Positions 45,657 to 55,886 of a stretch of DNA of 64,000 nt are shown piece by piece. Below the pieces are notes generated by a model that saw only the letters and a list, made by a program, of their open reading frames with translations, was not told the origin of the DNA and did not search any database. Origin of the DNA: an uncultured Planctomycetota bacterium (lineage in GTDB: Bacteria > Planctomycetota > PLA2 > JAEUHO01); the NCBI GenBank assembly GCA_963752285.1, contig CAVVXN010000001.1, positions 640,001 to 704,000 on the forward strand, in the 5' to 3' direction. The position numbers and the translations under genes were made by a program. Positions within the stretch are counted from its first letter, which is position 1, and each line of letters starts with the position of its first letter.

Positions 45657-47419
45657 GTGAGGTCCTCCATCTCGGCCTGGAGGCGCTGGTTCGCGTACGT
45701 GCGCGCGTACCACCCGCCCTCCCGGAGCAGCGCCTCGTGCGTGCCCGACTCCACGACCCGGCCCTCGTCGAGGACGAAGATCCGCGAGGCGTCGCGCACG
45801 GTCGAGAGACGGTGCGCGACGATCACGACCGTTCGCCTTCCCATCTCGCTCTGGAGCCGGTCGAGGATCCTCGCCTCGGTGTGCGTGTCCACCGAGGAGA
45901 GCGCGTCGTCGAGGAGGAGCACCGGCGCGGGACGGAGCAGCGCGCGGGCCAGGGTGGCCCGCTGCTTCTGTCCGCCCGACAGGGTGATCCCGCGCTCGCC
46001 GACGATCGTGTCGAGCCCGCGCGGGAACGCCTGCAGGTCGGCCTCGAGCCCCGCCGCGCTCGCCGAGACCATCGCGCGTTCGGGCAGGAGCACCCCCTCG
46101 ACCGCGTACCCGAGGTTGCCCTGGAGCGTGTCGGAGAAGAGGAACGCGTCCTGGGGCACGGAGGAGAACGCCTCGCGCAGGCGGTCCAGCGGGATCCGCG
46201 TGACGTCCACGTCGTCGAGGAACACCGTGGCGGCCGGCGGCTCGTAGAGCCGCGTGAAGAGGTCGAGGACCGTGCTCTTCCCCCCGCCCACCGGGCCCAC
46301 CAGCGCGACCGTGGCCCCGGCGGGGATCTCTAGGCTCACGTCCGAGAGGGCCGGCGCCTCGGTGCCGGGATAGGCGAAGGTCAGACGTTCGACGCGGAGC
46401 GCGCCCCGGATCCGCTCCGGTCGCACCGGCGGGGACGTCGGCGCGTCCACCTCGACGGGCTCGGAGAAGATCTCGTCGATGCGCTGGATCGCGGCGGTGG
46501 CGCGTTGGAGCGCCGACACCACCCAGCCGACGCTGATCATCGGCCAGATCAGCATCCCGACGTACGCGAGGAACGCGACCAGGTCACCCCGGCCGAGGGA
46601 CCCGTCCATGACGAGCGAGCCCCCGTAGACCAGGACGATGAGCTCGGCGAGGGCGCCGAGCGCGTAGATGGTCCCGGTCAGCCACGAGCGTTGCCGGGCG
46701 AGCCCGATCGTCTCCTCGAGGAGCTCGCGGTTCGCGCGCGAGAACGCCGAGATCTCGACGTCCTCGGTGGCGAAGGCGCGGACCACGCGGGCGCCGGCGA
46801 AGCTCTCCTGGGCGCGCGCCGAGAGGTCGCCGATGCGGTCCTGCACCGCGCGCGAGCGGCGCATGACGCCGGGCGCGAGGACACGCACCACGCCCATGAT
46901 GCCCAGGAGGGGCACGAGGGCCGCGGCGCTCACCGCGACCGACAGCCCGGCCATGGCGAGCAGCGCCAGCGGGAAGAGGACGACCGTGCTCGCGATGTAC
47001 ATCGGGCCCGGCCCGACGACCCAGCGCACGGCCTCGACGTCGCTCGTGAGCCGGGAGAGGAGGTCGCCCGTCCGCATGCGGTCGAACGCCGCCGCGGGGA
47101 GGCGTTCGACGTGCCCGAAGAGGTCCTGCTTCAGGTCGCGCTCGACGTAGCGCGAGGTCCCGATCAGGAGGAGTCGCTGGATCCAGGTGAGGAGCCCCGC
47201 CCCGGCGCTCACCGCGAAGAAGGTGACGGCCGCGCCCCGGGCGCCCGCGACCGCGTCCGGCCCCCCCTTCTCCAGGTACTGGAGCGCGCGCCGGAGCAGG
47301 AGCGGCGCGTACACCATCAGGACCCGGCTCCCGACCACGCACGCGAGGCCCACGGCCAGCGCGCGGCCGTGCCGGGGGAGGTAGCGGAGCACCCGGCGGT
47401 ACGGTCGGGATCGCTCCAC
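45653..47419 (-). CDS. ABC exporter subunit (TMD-NBD), heterodimer partner (MdlA/YheI-type)
   Basis: GPVGGGKST, LSGGQ, degenerate Walker B LLLDD. Confidence 0.93.
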   Translation of the reverse strand: MERSRPYRRVLRYLPRHGRALAVGLACVVGSRVLMVYAPLLLRRALQYLEKGGPDAVAGARGAAVTFFAVSAGAGLLTWIQRLLLIGTSRYVERDLKQDLFGHVERLPAAAFDRMRTGDLLSRLTSDVEAVRWVVGPGPMYIASTVVLFPLALLAMAGLSVAVSAAALVPLLGIMGVVRVLAPGVMRRSRAVQDRIGDLSARAQESFAGARVVRAFATEDVEISAFSRANRELLEETIGLARQRSWLTGTIYALGALAELIVLVYGGSLVMDGSLGRGDLVAFLAYVGMLIWPMISVGWVVSALQRATAAIQRIDEIFSEPVEVDAPTSPPVRPERIRGALRVERLTFAYPGTEAPALSDVSLEIPAGATVALVGPVGGGKSTVLDLFTRLYEPPAATVFLDDVDVTRIPLDRLREAFSSVPQDAFLFSDTLQGNLGYAVEGVLLPERAMVSASAAGLEADLQAFPRGLDTIVGERGITLSGGQKQRATLARALLRPAPVLLLDDALSSVDTHTEARILDRLQSEMGRRTVVIVAHRLSTVRDASRIFVLDEGRVVESGTHEALLREGGWYARTYANQRLQAEMEDLT

Positions 47420-47734
47420 GCCTCGCTCCTCCTGCCCCGCGGCGCGCCCGGCCGCCCGGGGCGCCGCCCACGCCACCTCGCTCGGCCGGCCGGGGGCCGC
47501 GCGGGGCGCTTCGAACGGCGCGCCCCGGACCGGGCCGGGGGGCCGAGGTTCCCGGGCGCGCGCGCCAAGGGTACGTGGTCGGCGGGGACAGGGCGAAGTC
47601 GGGGACGCGGGTGTGCGCCGTCGCACGTCGGGTGGGGCCGCACGGCCGGGGGCGCGTGCGCCGCGTTCCGGCGGCGAGCCCTAAGCGACCCGAGGACAAG
47701 CAGTTGGGATGAGGTGCCGGTGCCTTCTCGCAGA

Positions 47735-47750
47735 TGGCATGGCGCTTGTT
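47735..47750 (+). promoter_or_regulatory. Putative sigma54 -24/-12 promoter
   Basis: TGGCAT-GGCGC-TTGT: correct spacing, C to T at -12; IHF-like site ~30 bp upstream. Confidence 0.5.
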
Positions 47751-47756
47751 GTTCGA

Positions 47757-47875
47757 GGGGCGAGGTTCGGCGTCCCTAGTTCCTGAAGACAACCCCCTTT
47801 TTCCGTAGCCCAAAGCCCCAAATGCCGGATCTCGACGGGGGAGACGAGCTCGGGCTCGTCTCCCCCGATTTCTTT
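47757..47875 (+). ncRNA. Candidate small RNA
   Basis: Lies between the putative promoter and a plus-strand terminator; both flanking genes are on the minus strand. Confidence 0.5.
47836..47875 (+). terminator. Intrinsic terminator
   Basis: 14-bp stem CGGGGGAGACGAGC/GCTCGTCTCCCCCG, TCGG loop, ATTTCTTT tail. Confidence 0.85.
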
Positions 47876-47967
47876 CCGGCGCGAACGACCGCGCGCGGGG
47901 GACGGGAGGCCGGGGCGCGCGCGTCGCGCCCCGGAGGGAAGGGGGGGATGCCGCGGGGACCGCGGGG

Positions 47968-50493
47968 CTACTTGCCGTCGCCGGGGCCCTTCTTGGACTC
48001 GCCGGTCCCCTTCTTCGCGTCCCCGGCGTCTTTCGTCGCGCCCTCGCCGGCCTTCTTCCCGTTCTTGTCGTTCTTGTCGTCGGGCGCCGGCTTCACGACC
48101 TGGGCCACGGGACCCGCGTGGCCGGTGTGCCACTCGCCCGCGAGCTCGAGCGCGCCGGCCTTCGCCTCCACCGTGATCTTCTGGATGAAGACGGTGAGGT
48201 CGTCGTCCCCCTTGGACGGCTCGCCGCCCACCGGCACGGCGAACGCGAGCTCGAACGTGTCCGCCACGGACGTGACCTCGATCGTGACGCCGGGGACGCC
48301 GTCCTTCGCGTGCTTCACCTCCATCTGGCCCGACTGGATGGTGGACTGCGAGAGGAAGCCGACGAAGTCGAGGCTCGGGAGCATCAGGCAGAGCCGCCCG
48401 TACCAGAAGCCGACGAGGTACGTGCCGGGCTCGACGGTTCCCTTCATCGTGGGCGGCGCCTCGGGCTTCGTGCGCCGGCGCCCGCCCCGCTTCTCCTCCT
48501 TCTCCTTCTCCTTGAGCGCCGCCTCGCGATCGCGGACCCAGACGTTCGCGAGCGGCACGTCCGTGTGGAACATGCCGAGCGTGAACGGATCCTCGTCGTT
48601 GTCGCTCTCGTCGAGGAGGTTCTTGCGGGTCTTGATCTTCGGTTTCTTCGCGCCGGGCGGGAGGAGGCTCTTCTTGGGGATCAGGACGAGCGCGTGCGAC
48701 GCGCCGCCGACGTACACGTGGTGCTCGACGTTCGCGCCCTGGCCGGCGAGGTGCACGGCCGTGGCGCCGCCCCAGCGGTCGAGCGCGACGTCTTCACGCT
48801 GGACCTGACGTCCGCGGCTCGCGCGGGCGATGATCCCCTCGAGCCGGTCCTGGCCCGGGTTCGCGTACCAGCCGCACCGGAAGCCGACGTTCTCGAAGCT
48901 GTTCTCGGGGCGCGGCGGGTTCTTCGTGCCCGTGCCGCTCCAATTGCGCGCGGAGAGGCGCAGCGCCAGCGGGTCCACGTCCTCGAAGGACGCGCCGCGG
49001 AGGACCTTCACGTACGCGCCCATCCAGGGGTGGTCGCGCGTCGCCCCGGGGTAGCGATCGAACCAGGACGACGTCCACTCCCAGACGTTGCCCAGCATGT
49101 GGTACGCGCCGCACCAGGACATGCCGTCGTAGGGCGGCACCGCCTCGCGCCACTTCTTCGAGAAGGCAGGCGGGTTCCCGTCCACGGGGATCGGGCAGGG
49201 CTGGAAGTGGGAATCCACGATGATGCCGCCCCAGACCGCGTGGCTCTCGTCCGCGAACCACGTGTTGCCCCAGGGGTAGACGTAGCCCTGTGGACCGCGC
49301 GCGACGTACTCCCACTCCGGCTCGGTCAGGACGTGCTTGCCGGCCCACTCCGCGTACGCGGCGGCGTCGATGTACGAGACCCAGCGGACCGGGAGGTCGA
49401 GGATCTCCTCCTTGGGCTCGAGGCCCTGCCAGTCCTGCGGCGGCACGCGGTCGTAGAACTTGAACTGGATGTCCGGGGGGAGCGGCGCGCGACGCATCTT
49501 CTTGAAGGTGCCCTTGAGGTCCACCTCGTCCTTGCCGGGCAGCTTCACCACGAGGTTCGGGAGCTTCGTCGTGAGCTCGTCGGTGTTCGCGAGGAAGAGG
49601 AGCCACGTGTAGACGGCGTCGCTCTTGGACACGTCCGCGAGCGCCATGCCGAGCAGGTGGGCGCACACCTCGTCGAGGTTCGCGAGATCGCCCGTCGTCT
49701 TGTGCTCGGCGGTCGCGACCTCCTTCAGGAACTTCACGTACTGCGCGTTCGTGACCTCGTACTGGTCGGCGAAGAAGCCCGGCATGTCCACCTGGTACTG
49801 CGGGCTCTCGAACTGGAAGAGCGCGAAGACCTCGGGGTTCCGGTTGTTCAAGAGCTTCGCGAGATCGGCCGGCGGCGTGCCGATGACCGCGCGGCCCGCG
49901 GGCACGTAGATCATGCCGGCGGGCGCCTTCACGCCGGTCGGGCTCTCGAGGAGCTCGGTCACCTTGCGCTCGGTCTTGGGCGCCGCGGCGGCCGCGGTCG
50001 TCGAACCCCCGTCCTTGGGGTCGGGATTCGCTGCCGCGCCGTCCTTCGGTTCGCCGTCCTTCGGTTCGCCGTCCTTCGGCGCGTCGCCCTTGGGCTCGTC
50101 CCCCTTGGGCTCTTCGGGCTTCGCGGGTCCCGTGCCGTCGTCGCCCTTGGGCTCGTCGCCCTTGGGTCCGTCGCCCTGGGGCTCTTCGGGCTTCGCGGGC
50201 CCCGTGCCGTCGTCGGCCTTGGGCTCGTCGCCCTTGGGTCCGTCGCCTTGGGGCTCTCCGGGCTTCGCGGGCCCCGTGCCGTCGTCGGCCTTGGGCGGGT
50301 CGGCCTCGTCCGGGACCTCGTCCGCGACCGCGGGCCCCTTCGGGGCGGGCGACGCGCCGGCGAGGCGGGTCACGTCCGCGGTCCGGCCTCTCTGCGTGCC
50401 GCCCACGCCCGCGTCGGGTCCCGGTGAGGCACACGCCGGACAGAGGTACACGGCGAGGAGCAGGAGGGGGATCGAACGGACGAGAAGACGCAT
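47968..50493 (-). CDS. Exported FGE-sulfatase (SUMF1/PvdO) domain protein with repetitive linker
   Basis: YEVTNAQY, PVRWVSY, TEPEWEY, YPWG, GNVWEW, VGFRC; 24-aa Pro/Lys/Asp repeats. Confidence 0.88.
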   Translation of the reverse strand: MRLLVRSIPLLLLAVYLCPACASPGPDAGVGGTQRGRTADVTRLAGASPAPKGPAVADEVPDEADPPKADDGTGPAKPGEPQGDGPKGDEPKADDGTGPAKPEEPQGDGPKGDEPKGDDGTGPAKPEEPKGDEPKGDAPKDGEPKDGEPKDGAAANPDPKDGGSTTAAAAAPKTERKVTELLESPTGVKAPAGMIYVPAGRAVIGTPPADLAKLLNNRNPEVFALFQFESPQYQVDMPGFFADQYEVTNAQYVKFLKEVATAEHKTTGDLANLDEVCAHLLGMALADVSKSDAVYTWLLFLANTDELTTKLPNLVVKLPGKDEVDLKGTFKKMRRAPLPPDIQFKFYDRVPPQDWQGLEPKEEILDLPVRWVSYIDAAAYAEWAGKHVLTEPEWEYVARGPQGYVYPWGNTWFADESHAVWGGIIVDSHFQPCPIPVDGNPPAFSKKWREAVPPYDGMSWCGAYHMLGNVWEWTSSWFDRYPGATRDHPWMGAYVKVLRGASFEDVDPLALRLSARNWSGTGTKNPPRPENSFENVGFRCGWYANPGQDRLEGIIARASRGRQVQREDVALDRWGGATAVHLAGQGANVEHHVYVGGASHALVLIPKKSLLPPGAKKPKIKTRKNLLDESDNDEDPFTLGMFHTDVPLANVWVRDREAALKEKEKEEKRGGRRRTKPEAPPTMKGTVEPGTYLVGFWYGRLCLMLPSLDFVGFLSQSTIQSGQMEVKHAKDGVPGVTIEVTSVADTFELAFAVPVGGEPSKGDDDLTVFIQKITVEAKAGALELAGEWHTGHAGPVAQVVKPAPDDKNDKNGKKAGEGATKDAGDAKKGTGESKKGPGDGK

Positions 50494-50814
50494 GACGACT
50501 CGTTTCCTCGGTCTCGGTCTCGATCGCGCTCTGGGCGGATACGGGCGATCCAACGCACGGTAGCACAGAGGACGCGGTGGACCGTCGGCGCGGACGGCCG
50601 CGGGGGCCGACCGTCGCCCGCGCGGCACGGTCCCCGGAGGTCGCCGCTGCGGGTCACCGTCCCGGGGTGCCGAGGCCCACGCCGGCGCCCGGTCCCCCCG
50701 ACGGCGGTCCCCCCGTGGATGGGGGGGGAACGGCGGCTGGCGCCCCAGGGGTTGGGGCTCGTGGGTTGCGATGTCGGCGGCAGGGTGTACGGTGGGGCGT
50801 GGCGGAGGAACAAG

Positions 50815-51549
50815 ATGGGCAACTTCGAGAAGCTCTCGGTGCTCGTGATCGCCGTGATCATCGTGATGATCCTCGCGGTCGCGATCCACACCTGGACCAG
50901 CGATCCGGCTGCGCCCGAGGTGGCGAACGCGCCGGTCTCGCCGCTCGACATGCCGAGCTCGCCTCCGCCCCCGGGAGAGTCCGCGCGGGATGCGAGCGGG
51001 ACGTTCCCCGACCCCTGGGCGTCCTGGGACACCTCGCGCCAGGGCGACACCAAGCCGACGACGACCCCTGCGGCCGAAACCCCCGGCGCGAAGTCGGTGA
51101 CGCCCCCGGCCGAGAAGTCCGCGACCACGGACGCGCCGCCCGCGAAGGAGGAGGCGTCCGAGCCGCTCGACCGCAAGGTGAAGGTCCAGCGCGGCGACAC
51201 GCTCGGCCTGATCTCGCTTCGCGCGTACGGGACGACGAGGCACTGGACGCGCATCGCCGAGGCCAACCACGTGGACCCCGAGAGGCTCCAGGTGGGGCAG
51301 GAGCTCGTGATCCCGCACATCGAGGGCGCGAAGACCGACGCGCCCGGGACCCGGGCGGTCTCCCCCTCCTCGGGAAGCCCCGCGAAGGGGCAGAGCTACA
51401 CGGTGCGCCGCGGCGACACCATCCAGAGGATCGCGAAGGCCGCGTACGGCACCGTCGAGCGCTGGCCGGACATCTGGTTCGAGAACATGGAGCGCATCGA
51501 CGACCCGAGCCGCCTCGGCACGGGCATCGAGCTCCGCCTTCCCCGCTGA
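50815..51549 (+). CDS. Membrane-anchored protein with two LysM domains
   Basis: VQRGDTLGLIS..YG and YTVRRGDTIQRIA..YG. Confidence 0.92.
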   Translation: MGNFEKLSVLVIAVIIVMILAVAIHTWTSDPAAPEVANAPVSPLDMPSSPPPPGESARDASGTFPDPWASWDTSRQGDTKPTTTPAAETPGAKSVTPPAEKSATTDAPPAKEEASEPLDRKVKVQRGDTLGLISLRAYGTTRHWTRIAEANHVDPERLQVGQELVIPHIEGAKTDAPGTRAVSPSSGSPAKGQSYTVRRGDTIQRIAKAAYGTVERWPDIWFENMERIDDPSRLGTGIELRLPR

Positions 51550-51695
51550 GTCGTTCGTCCGGGCGCGCGGCCGCCACCGCGCGCTCGGGTTCGTGGGTCT
51601 CTCTCCTCCTTGGCGAACCGGGGGGACCCGACCGCGAGGCCGGGTCTCCCCGGCACTTCCCGCCGCGCGCGCCTCCCATGCCGCGGGCGCGTAGC

Positions 51696-52766
51696 ATGTC
51701 CGCCCGCGTGCAGAGCGACGTCCAGCACCAGCGCGACCTCGGGCCGGAGCCGCCTCCGGACGACGCGTCGGGCGGCCCCGTCGCCGCGACGCTCCTCGCG
51801 CTCCCCGCGTTCCTCTTCGGCGTGGCCGTCCGGGCGAAGGGCCTCGCGTACCGCGTCGGGCTTCGCCGCGCGCATCCCCTCGGGCGGCCCGTGGTCTCGA
51901 TCGGGAACCTGGTCGCCGGCGGGACCGGGAAGACCCCGTTCGTCGCGTGGCTCGCCGGCGCGCTCCGGCGGGACGGGCGCCGGCCCGGGATCCTCTCGCG
52001 CGGGTACGGACCGCGCGCGGCCGGCCTCGACCTCTCCGACGAGGGCGCGGTGCTCCGACACCTCCTCGGGCCGGACGTGCCGCAGGTCGAGGACGCCGAC
52101 CGTGTTCGCGGCGCCGCTCGCCTCCTCCGGTCGCACCCCGACGTGGACGTGCTGCTCCTCGACGACGGCTTCCAGCACCGGCGGGCGGCGCGCGACGTGG
52201 ACGTGGTCCTCCTCGACGCCACGCGCCCGTTCGGCGGCGGGCACCTCCTCCCGTGGGGACGGCTCCGTGAGCCACCCTCGGCGCTTGGGCGCGCGGACGG
52301 GGTCGTCCTGACACGGGTCGAGCGCGTGGACCGCGCGCGCCTCGACCGGATCCGGGCCGAGGTCCGCCGGTGGACGGGCGCGCCGATCGGGTGGGCGCGC
52401 ACGCGTGCGGTCCGCGTCCTCGAGGACGGCCGGACGAGCCCGCCCGAGAGCCTCCGCGGCCGCGGGGTGCTCGCGCTCTCGGGCATCGGAAACCCCGACG
52501 CCTTCGCGGCCTTCCTCTCGACGGACCTCGGCGCGCGGGTCGCGGGCCGGATCGACCTTCGCGACCACGCGCGGATCGACGAGGCGACATGGGCGCGGGC
52601 GGTCGAGGCGGCGAGGCGCCTCGGGGCGGACGTCGTCGTCGCGACGCGGAAGGACGCGGTGAAGTCCGCGCGCCTCCCCGCCGGGGTGGCGGTCTTGGAC
52701 ATCGGTCTCGACGTCGAGGGAGACCTCGCCTGGACCCGCGCGGAGTCGCTCCGGCCGCGGAATTGA
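51696..52766 (+). CDS. lpxK: Tetraacyldisaccharide 4'-kinase
   Basis: SIGNLVAGGTGKTP, SRGYG, DDGFQH, GRLREP. Confidence 0.93.
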   Translation: MSARVQSDVQHQRDLGPEPPPDDASGGPVAATLLALPAFLFGVAVRAKGLAYRVGLRRAHPLGRPVVSIGNLVAGGTGKTPFVAWLAGALRRDGRRPGILSRGYGPRAAGLDLSDEGAVLRHLLGPDVPQVEDADRVRGAARLLRSHPDVDVLLLDDGFQHRRAARDVDVVLLDATRPFGGGHLLPWGRLREPPSALGRADGVVLTRVERVDRARLDRIRAEVRRWTGAPIGWARTRAVRVLEDGRTSPPESLRGRGVLALSGIGNPDAFAAFLSTDLGARVAGRIDLRDHARIDEATWARAVEAARRLGADVVVATRKDAVKSARLPAGVAVLDIGLDVEGDLAWTRAESLRPRN

Positions 52767-52822
52767 GGGCCCGGTCCTGAGTGTCCGGTCGTGACCGACC
52801 GCGGCGTCCGGGTCCGATCCGG

Positions 52823-53641
52823 TCACGCGCGGCCGAGCGCGTAGATCGAGCCGGTGGGGAGCGATACGCCTCGTCGGGCGACGAGCGCAGGGAGCCGGCG
52901 TCCGGGCGCGAGCCTCGACGCGGCGGTGGCCAGCGAGAAGACCGTCCGGACGGGGACGAACGAGACCCGGGCGAACCCCGCGCGAAGGAGCGTCCTCTGA
53001 AGCGTCCGACGCGTGAAGTAGACCAAGTGCTCGTGCGGCGTCACGAGCGGCCAGTGCCGGCCCGAGACCCGCGCCCAGAGGCATCCCACGTCGGGCACCG
53101 TGACCGCGAGCGTCCCGCCGGGTCGGAGCGCGGCGTGGATCCGCGCGAGGGGCGGGACGGGGCGCGGGAGGTGCTCGAGGACGTCGAAGAGCGTGACCAC
53201 GTCGTAGCGCCCGGGCGCGAGCGGCGCGTCCTCGATCGTGCCCGCGAGCACCGGGAGCCCGGTCCGCGTCCGCGTCCGACCGGCCACCTCTTCGCTCGGC
53301 TCGAGCCCCTCGGGACGGTAGCCCGCGCGGGCCGCCTCGAGGAGCAGGGCGCCGGTCGCGCAGCCGACGTCGAGGAGGCGGCGCCCGCGGGGCCCTCGCG
53401 GGAGCGCCCGGAGCCGGCGCCGGAACTCCCGCCGGAACAGGCGCTCGTCGGCCGCGTAGTCGAGGTAGCCGCGCTCGGGGTCCGCGTAGTAGCGCGCGTC
53501 GTAGAGGCGGACCGCCTCGGCGGGGGAGGGCAGCGCGCCCACGCGCACGAGGCCGCAGCGACGGCAGCGGACGAGCCGCGCCCCGCGGACCTCGAAGAGC
53601 GTTCGCGGGGGGCCCGGCGCCTCGCAGAGCGGACAGGTCAA
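52823..53641 (-). CDS. Class I SAM methyltransferase with N-terminal Zn ribbon
   Basis: CPLC..CRRC, LLDVGCATG, DVLEHL; TTGA overlap. Confidence 0.88.
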   Translation of the reverse strand: MTCPLCEAPGPPRTLFEVRGARLVRCRRCGLVRVGALPSPAEAVRLYDARYYADPERGYLDYAADERLFRREFRRRLRALPRGPRGRRLLDVGCATGALLLEAARAGYRPEGLEPSEEVAGRTRTRTGLPVLAGTIEDAPLAPGRYDVVTLFDVLEHLPRPVPPLARIHAALRPGGTLAVTVPDVGCLWARVSGRHWPLVTPHEHLVYFTRRTLQRTLLRAGFARVSFVPVRTVFSLATAASRLAPGRRLPALVARRGVSLPTGSIYALGRA

Positions 53642-54315
53642 CGCGCCGCGGGTCCCGGCCCGCGCGGCGCGCGCGCCCGCCCGTTCGAGCTCGGGCGGTG
53701 CCCGACGAGCGTCCGGTCGGCGTAGACCCGGGACGCGGGCAGGACCCGCGCCTCGAGGCCCCGCGCCTCGAGCGCCCGGGCCCACTCGGCGCCGGTCCGG
53801 AACCGGCCCTTCGCGCCGCGCGTGATGCCGAGCGTCTGGAAGACGTGCTCGTGGGCGCGGGCCAGCCGGTGGTGCCAGCCCGCTCCGGCGTCGGGATCGC
53901 GGAGCACCACGGTGCCGCCCGGTCGCAGCGCCGTCGCGGCGCGGTCGAGCAGCCGATCCTGCGCGGTGGCGTCGAGGTAGTGGAGCACGTCCACGAGCGC
54001 CACCCCGTCGCACGCCGGGATCTCGAACGTCTCCATCGAGTCGAGCGCGGCCTCGATCGGGAGCCCGTCGAGGCTCGACCGGAGCCGGGCGACGCGGTCC
54101 GGGTCCCAGTCCACCGCGACGACCCGGCGGTCGGTCCCGCCGCGCACCCAGAGGTGGGCGAGCAGGCCCTCGCCGCAGCCGAGGTCCACGACGAGACCGC
54201 GGGGGGGGAGGAGCCAGGCGAGGTCGTCGAGCCCGCCCCACGCCAGACGCAGGCGGCGGTAGAGCGCGGCGGAGAGCGCCCCGTCGGGCCAGGCTTCGAG
54301 GAGACGCGCGGACAT
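53638..54315 (-). CDS. Class I SAM methyltransferase
   Basis: VDLGCGEG, VDVLHY, LRPGG. Confidence 0.88.
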   Translation of the reverse strand: MSARLLEAWPDGALSAALYRRLRLAWGGLDDLAWLLPPRGLVVDLGCGEGLLAHLWVRGGTDRRVVAVDWDPDRVARLRSSLDGLPIEAALDSMETFEIPACDGVALVDVLHYLDATAQDRLLDRAATALRPGGTVVLRDPDAGAGWHHRLARAHEHVFQTLGITRGAKGRFRTGAEWARALEARGLEARVLPASRVYADRTLVGHRPSSNGRARAPRGPGPAAR

Positions 54316-54382
54316 CCGGACATGCTCCCCGAAGTCGAGCCCTCCCGCGAGCACGGGGCTCCTCCCGCCGCGAGGTTCGCGC

Positions 54383-54442
54383 CGGCTCGCGGGTCGCGGG
54401 TCGCGGGTGGTGGGTCGCGTGCGGTGGGTCGCGGGTCGCGCG
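54383..54442. repeat. Degenerate 7-bp tandem repeat (GGGTCGC)n
   Basis: Read directly from sequence. Confidence 0.6.
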
Positions 54443-54695
54443 GGCGCGGACGACCCGTTGGGCGCGCGACGCGTTCGACAAGGGGCGCGAGGGCGCCCCG
54501 CTCGTGGGCGATCGGCGGTCACGCGCTCCCCGACCGGGTGTCCCTCGGACGCCCGGGCCCCGACTTCGCGGGGAGCCGCCGGCGTCCCCGCTTCCCCTCC
54601 CGGCGACGGGGGCCGACCACGACCGCCGACCGGTTCGTCGGGGTCCCGGTAGGCGCGGGGCCGCGCGACGCGCGACGGTTCACGGGGGATCCGCC

Positions 54696-55886
54696 CTAGG
54701 GAAGCATCTTCTTGTGGTCGGCGAGCTTCTCCGGGAGGTACGTGTCCATCACGAAGTTCAGATGGTGCTTCGCGAAGGCCTGTTGCTCGGCGCGGACCCC
54801 CATCGCGATCTGCTGCTGGACCGCGCGGGTCCACTCCGGGTACGCCTTGAAGAAGGGGTCGTTCTTGAGCGCCGCGCGGGCCCGCTTCACGTCCACGTCC
54901 TTCAGGGGGTGGGTCGGGAGCTGGTAGTCGATGATGTCCTGGGGCGTCACACCGAGCAGCCGCGCGCGCGGGACGCAGTAGAACCGGTTGATGTGCGCCG
55001 CGTTGCCGCTCCCGACCTTCAGGGTGCGGTAGATGTTCGCGAAGCCGTACGGGTCGCAGTCCGTGAAGACGTACACGGGCAGGTCGAAGCCGTCGGAGAT
55101 GCGCCGGAGGAACCGCCGCGTGGCCCGCGAGGGGACGCCACCCAGGTTCACGATGATCGACTGCGTCGTGCGCCACCAGCGGTGGTGCGCGAGGCGCTGG
55201 TACATGCCGCCCGTCTCGACCGCGAGGATGAACTTGGCGTCGGTCTCGAACTCGAGGCCCTCGACGAGGCTCGGCACCGTGTACGAGCCGGAGCCGAGCG
55301 AGCGGCAGTCCACGCGCACCGCCTCGTTCGTCTCGTGGTCGAAGTCGATGACGGTCAGGTTGCCGGCCACGGCGCCGCCGTGCTCCTCGGGGATGAACCG
55401 GAGCTGCTCCCGCGAGACGCCGTGGACCGAGAACATCGCCTCGACGTCGTCCATCACGGCGTCCGACTCGGCCTGCTCGTTGAAGCGTGCGTCGCCCCAG
55501 TTGATGCTCTGGTAGTACACCTCTCGCTTCGAGGCCAGGTCGTCGATCTGGATCATCTCCTTCGACAGCGCCATGAACTTGAGCGTCTGGGCGAACGTGC
55601 GCACGGTGTTGACCGAGAGCGTGCGGACGAGGCGCTTGCGACCGATCTCGAAGTGCCCGTGGTCGCGCGAGAGGCTCACGTTGCCGAGGCTCCGCTGCGG
55701 CGTGTGGATCTCGGGGCGCTCCCCCTTCACGAGCGTCTGGTGGATCCGGCCGGCCTCGCCGACCAGCGCCTCGACGGTCTGGTCGTCCGACGCGCCCGTG
55801 GCCGTGCTGGGGCGCCGCCGCTTCGGGGGCTCTCCCGAGGCGGGCGGAGGTGTCTTGCCGGGAGCCTTCTTCTTCCGTGCGGCCAT
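54696..55886 (-). CDS. top6A: DNA topoisomerase VI subunit A
   Basis: KREVYY catalytic Tyr region, Toprim AVETGG and TDCDPYG, RAEQQA. Confidence 0.95.
   Translation of the reverse strand: MAARKKKAPGKTPPPASGEPPKRRRPSTATGASDDQTVEALVGEAGRIHQTLVKGERPEIHTPQRSLGNVSLSRDHGHFEIGRKRLVRTLSVNTVRTFAQTLKFMALSKEMIQIDDLASKREVYYQSINWGDARFNEQAESDAVMDDVEAMFSVHGVSREQLRFIPEEHGGAVAGNLTVIDFDHETNEAVRVDCRSLGSGSYTVPSLVEGLEFETDAKFILAVETGGMYQRLAHHRWWRTTQSIIVNLGGVPSRATRRFLRRISDGFDLPVYVFTDCDPYGFANIYRTLKVGSGNAAHINRFYCVPRARLLGVTPQDIIDYQLPTHPLKDVDVKRARAALKNDPFFKAYPEWTRAVQQQIAMGVRAEQQAFAKHHLNFVMDTYLPEKLADHKKMLP

Noticed and set aside
47968..50493. Diversity-generating retroelement target (FGE/C-type lectin fold)
   Set aside because: No reverse transcriptase and no template/variable repeat pair seen in the window
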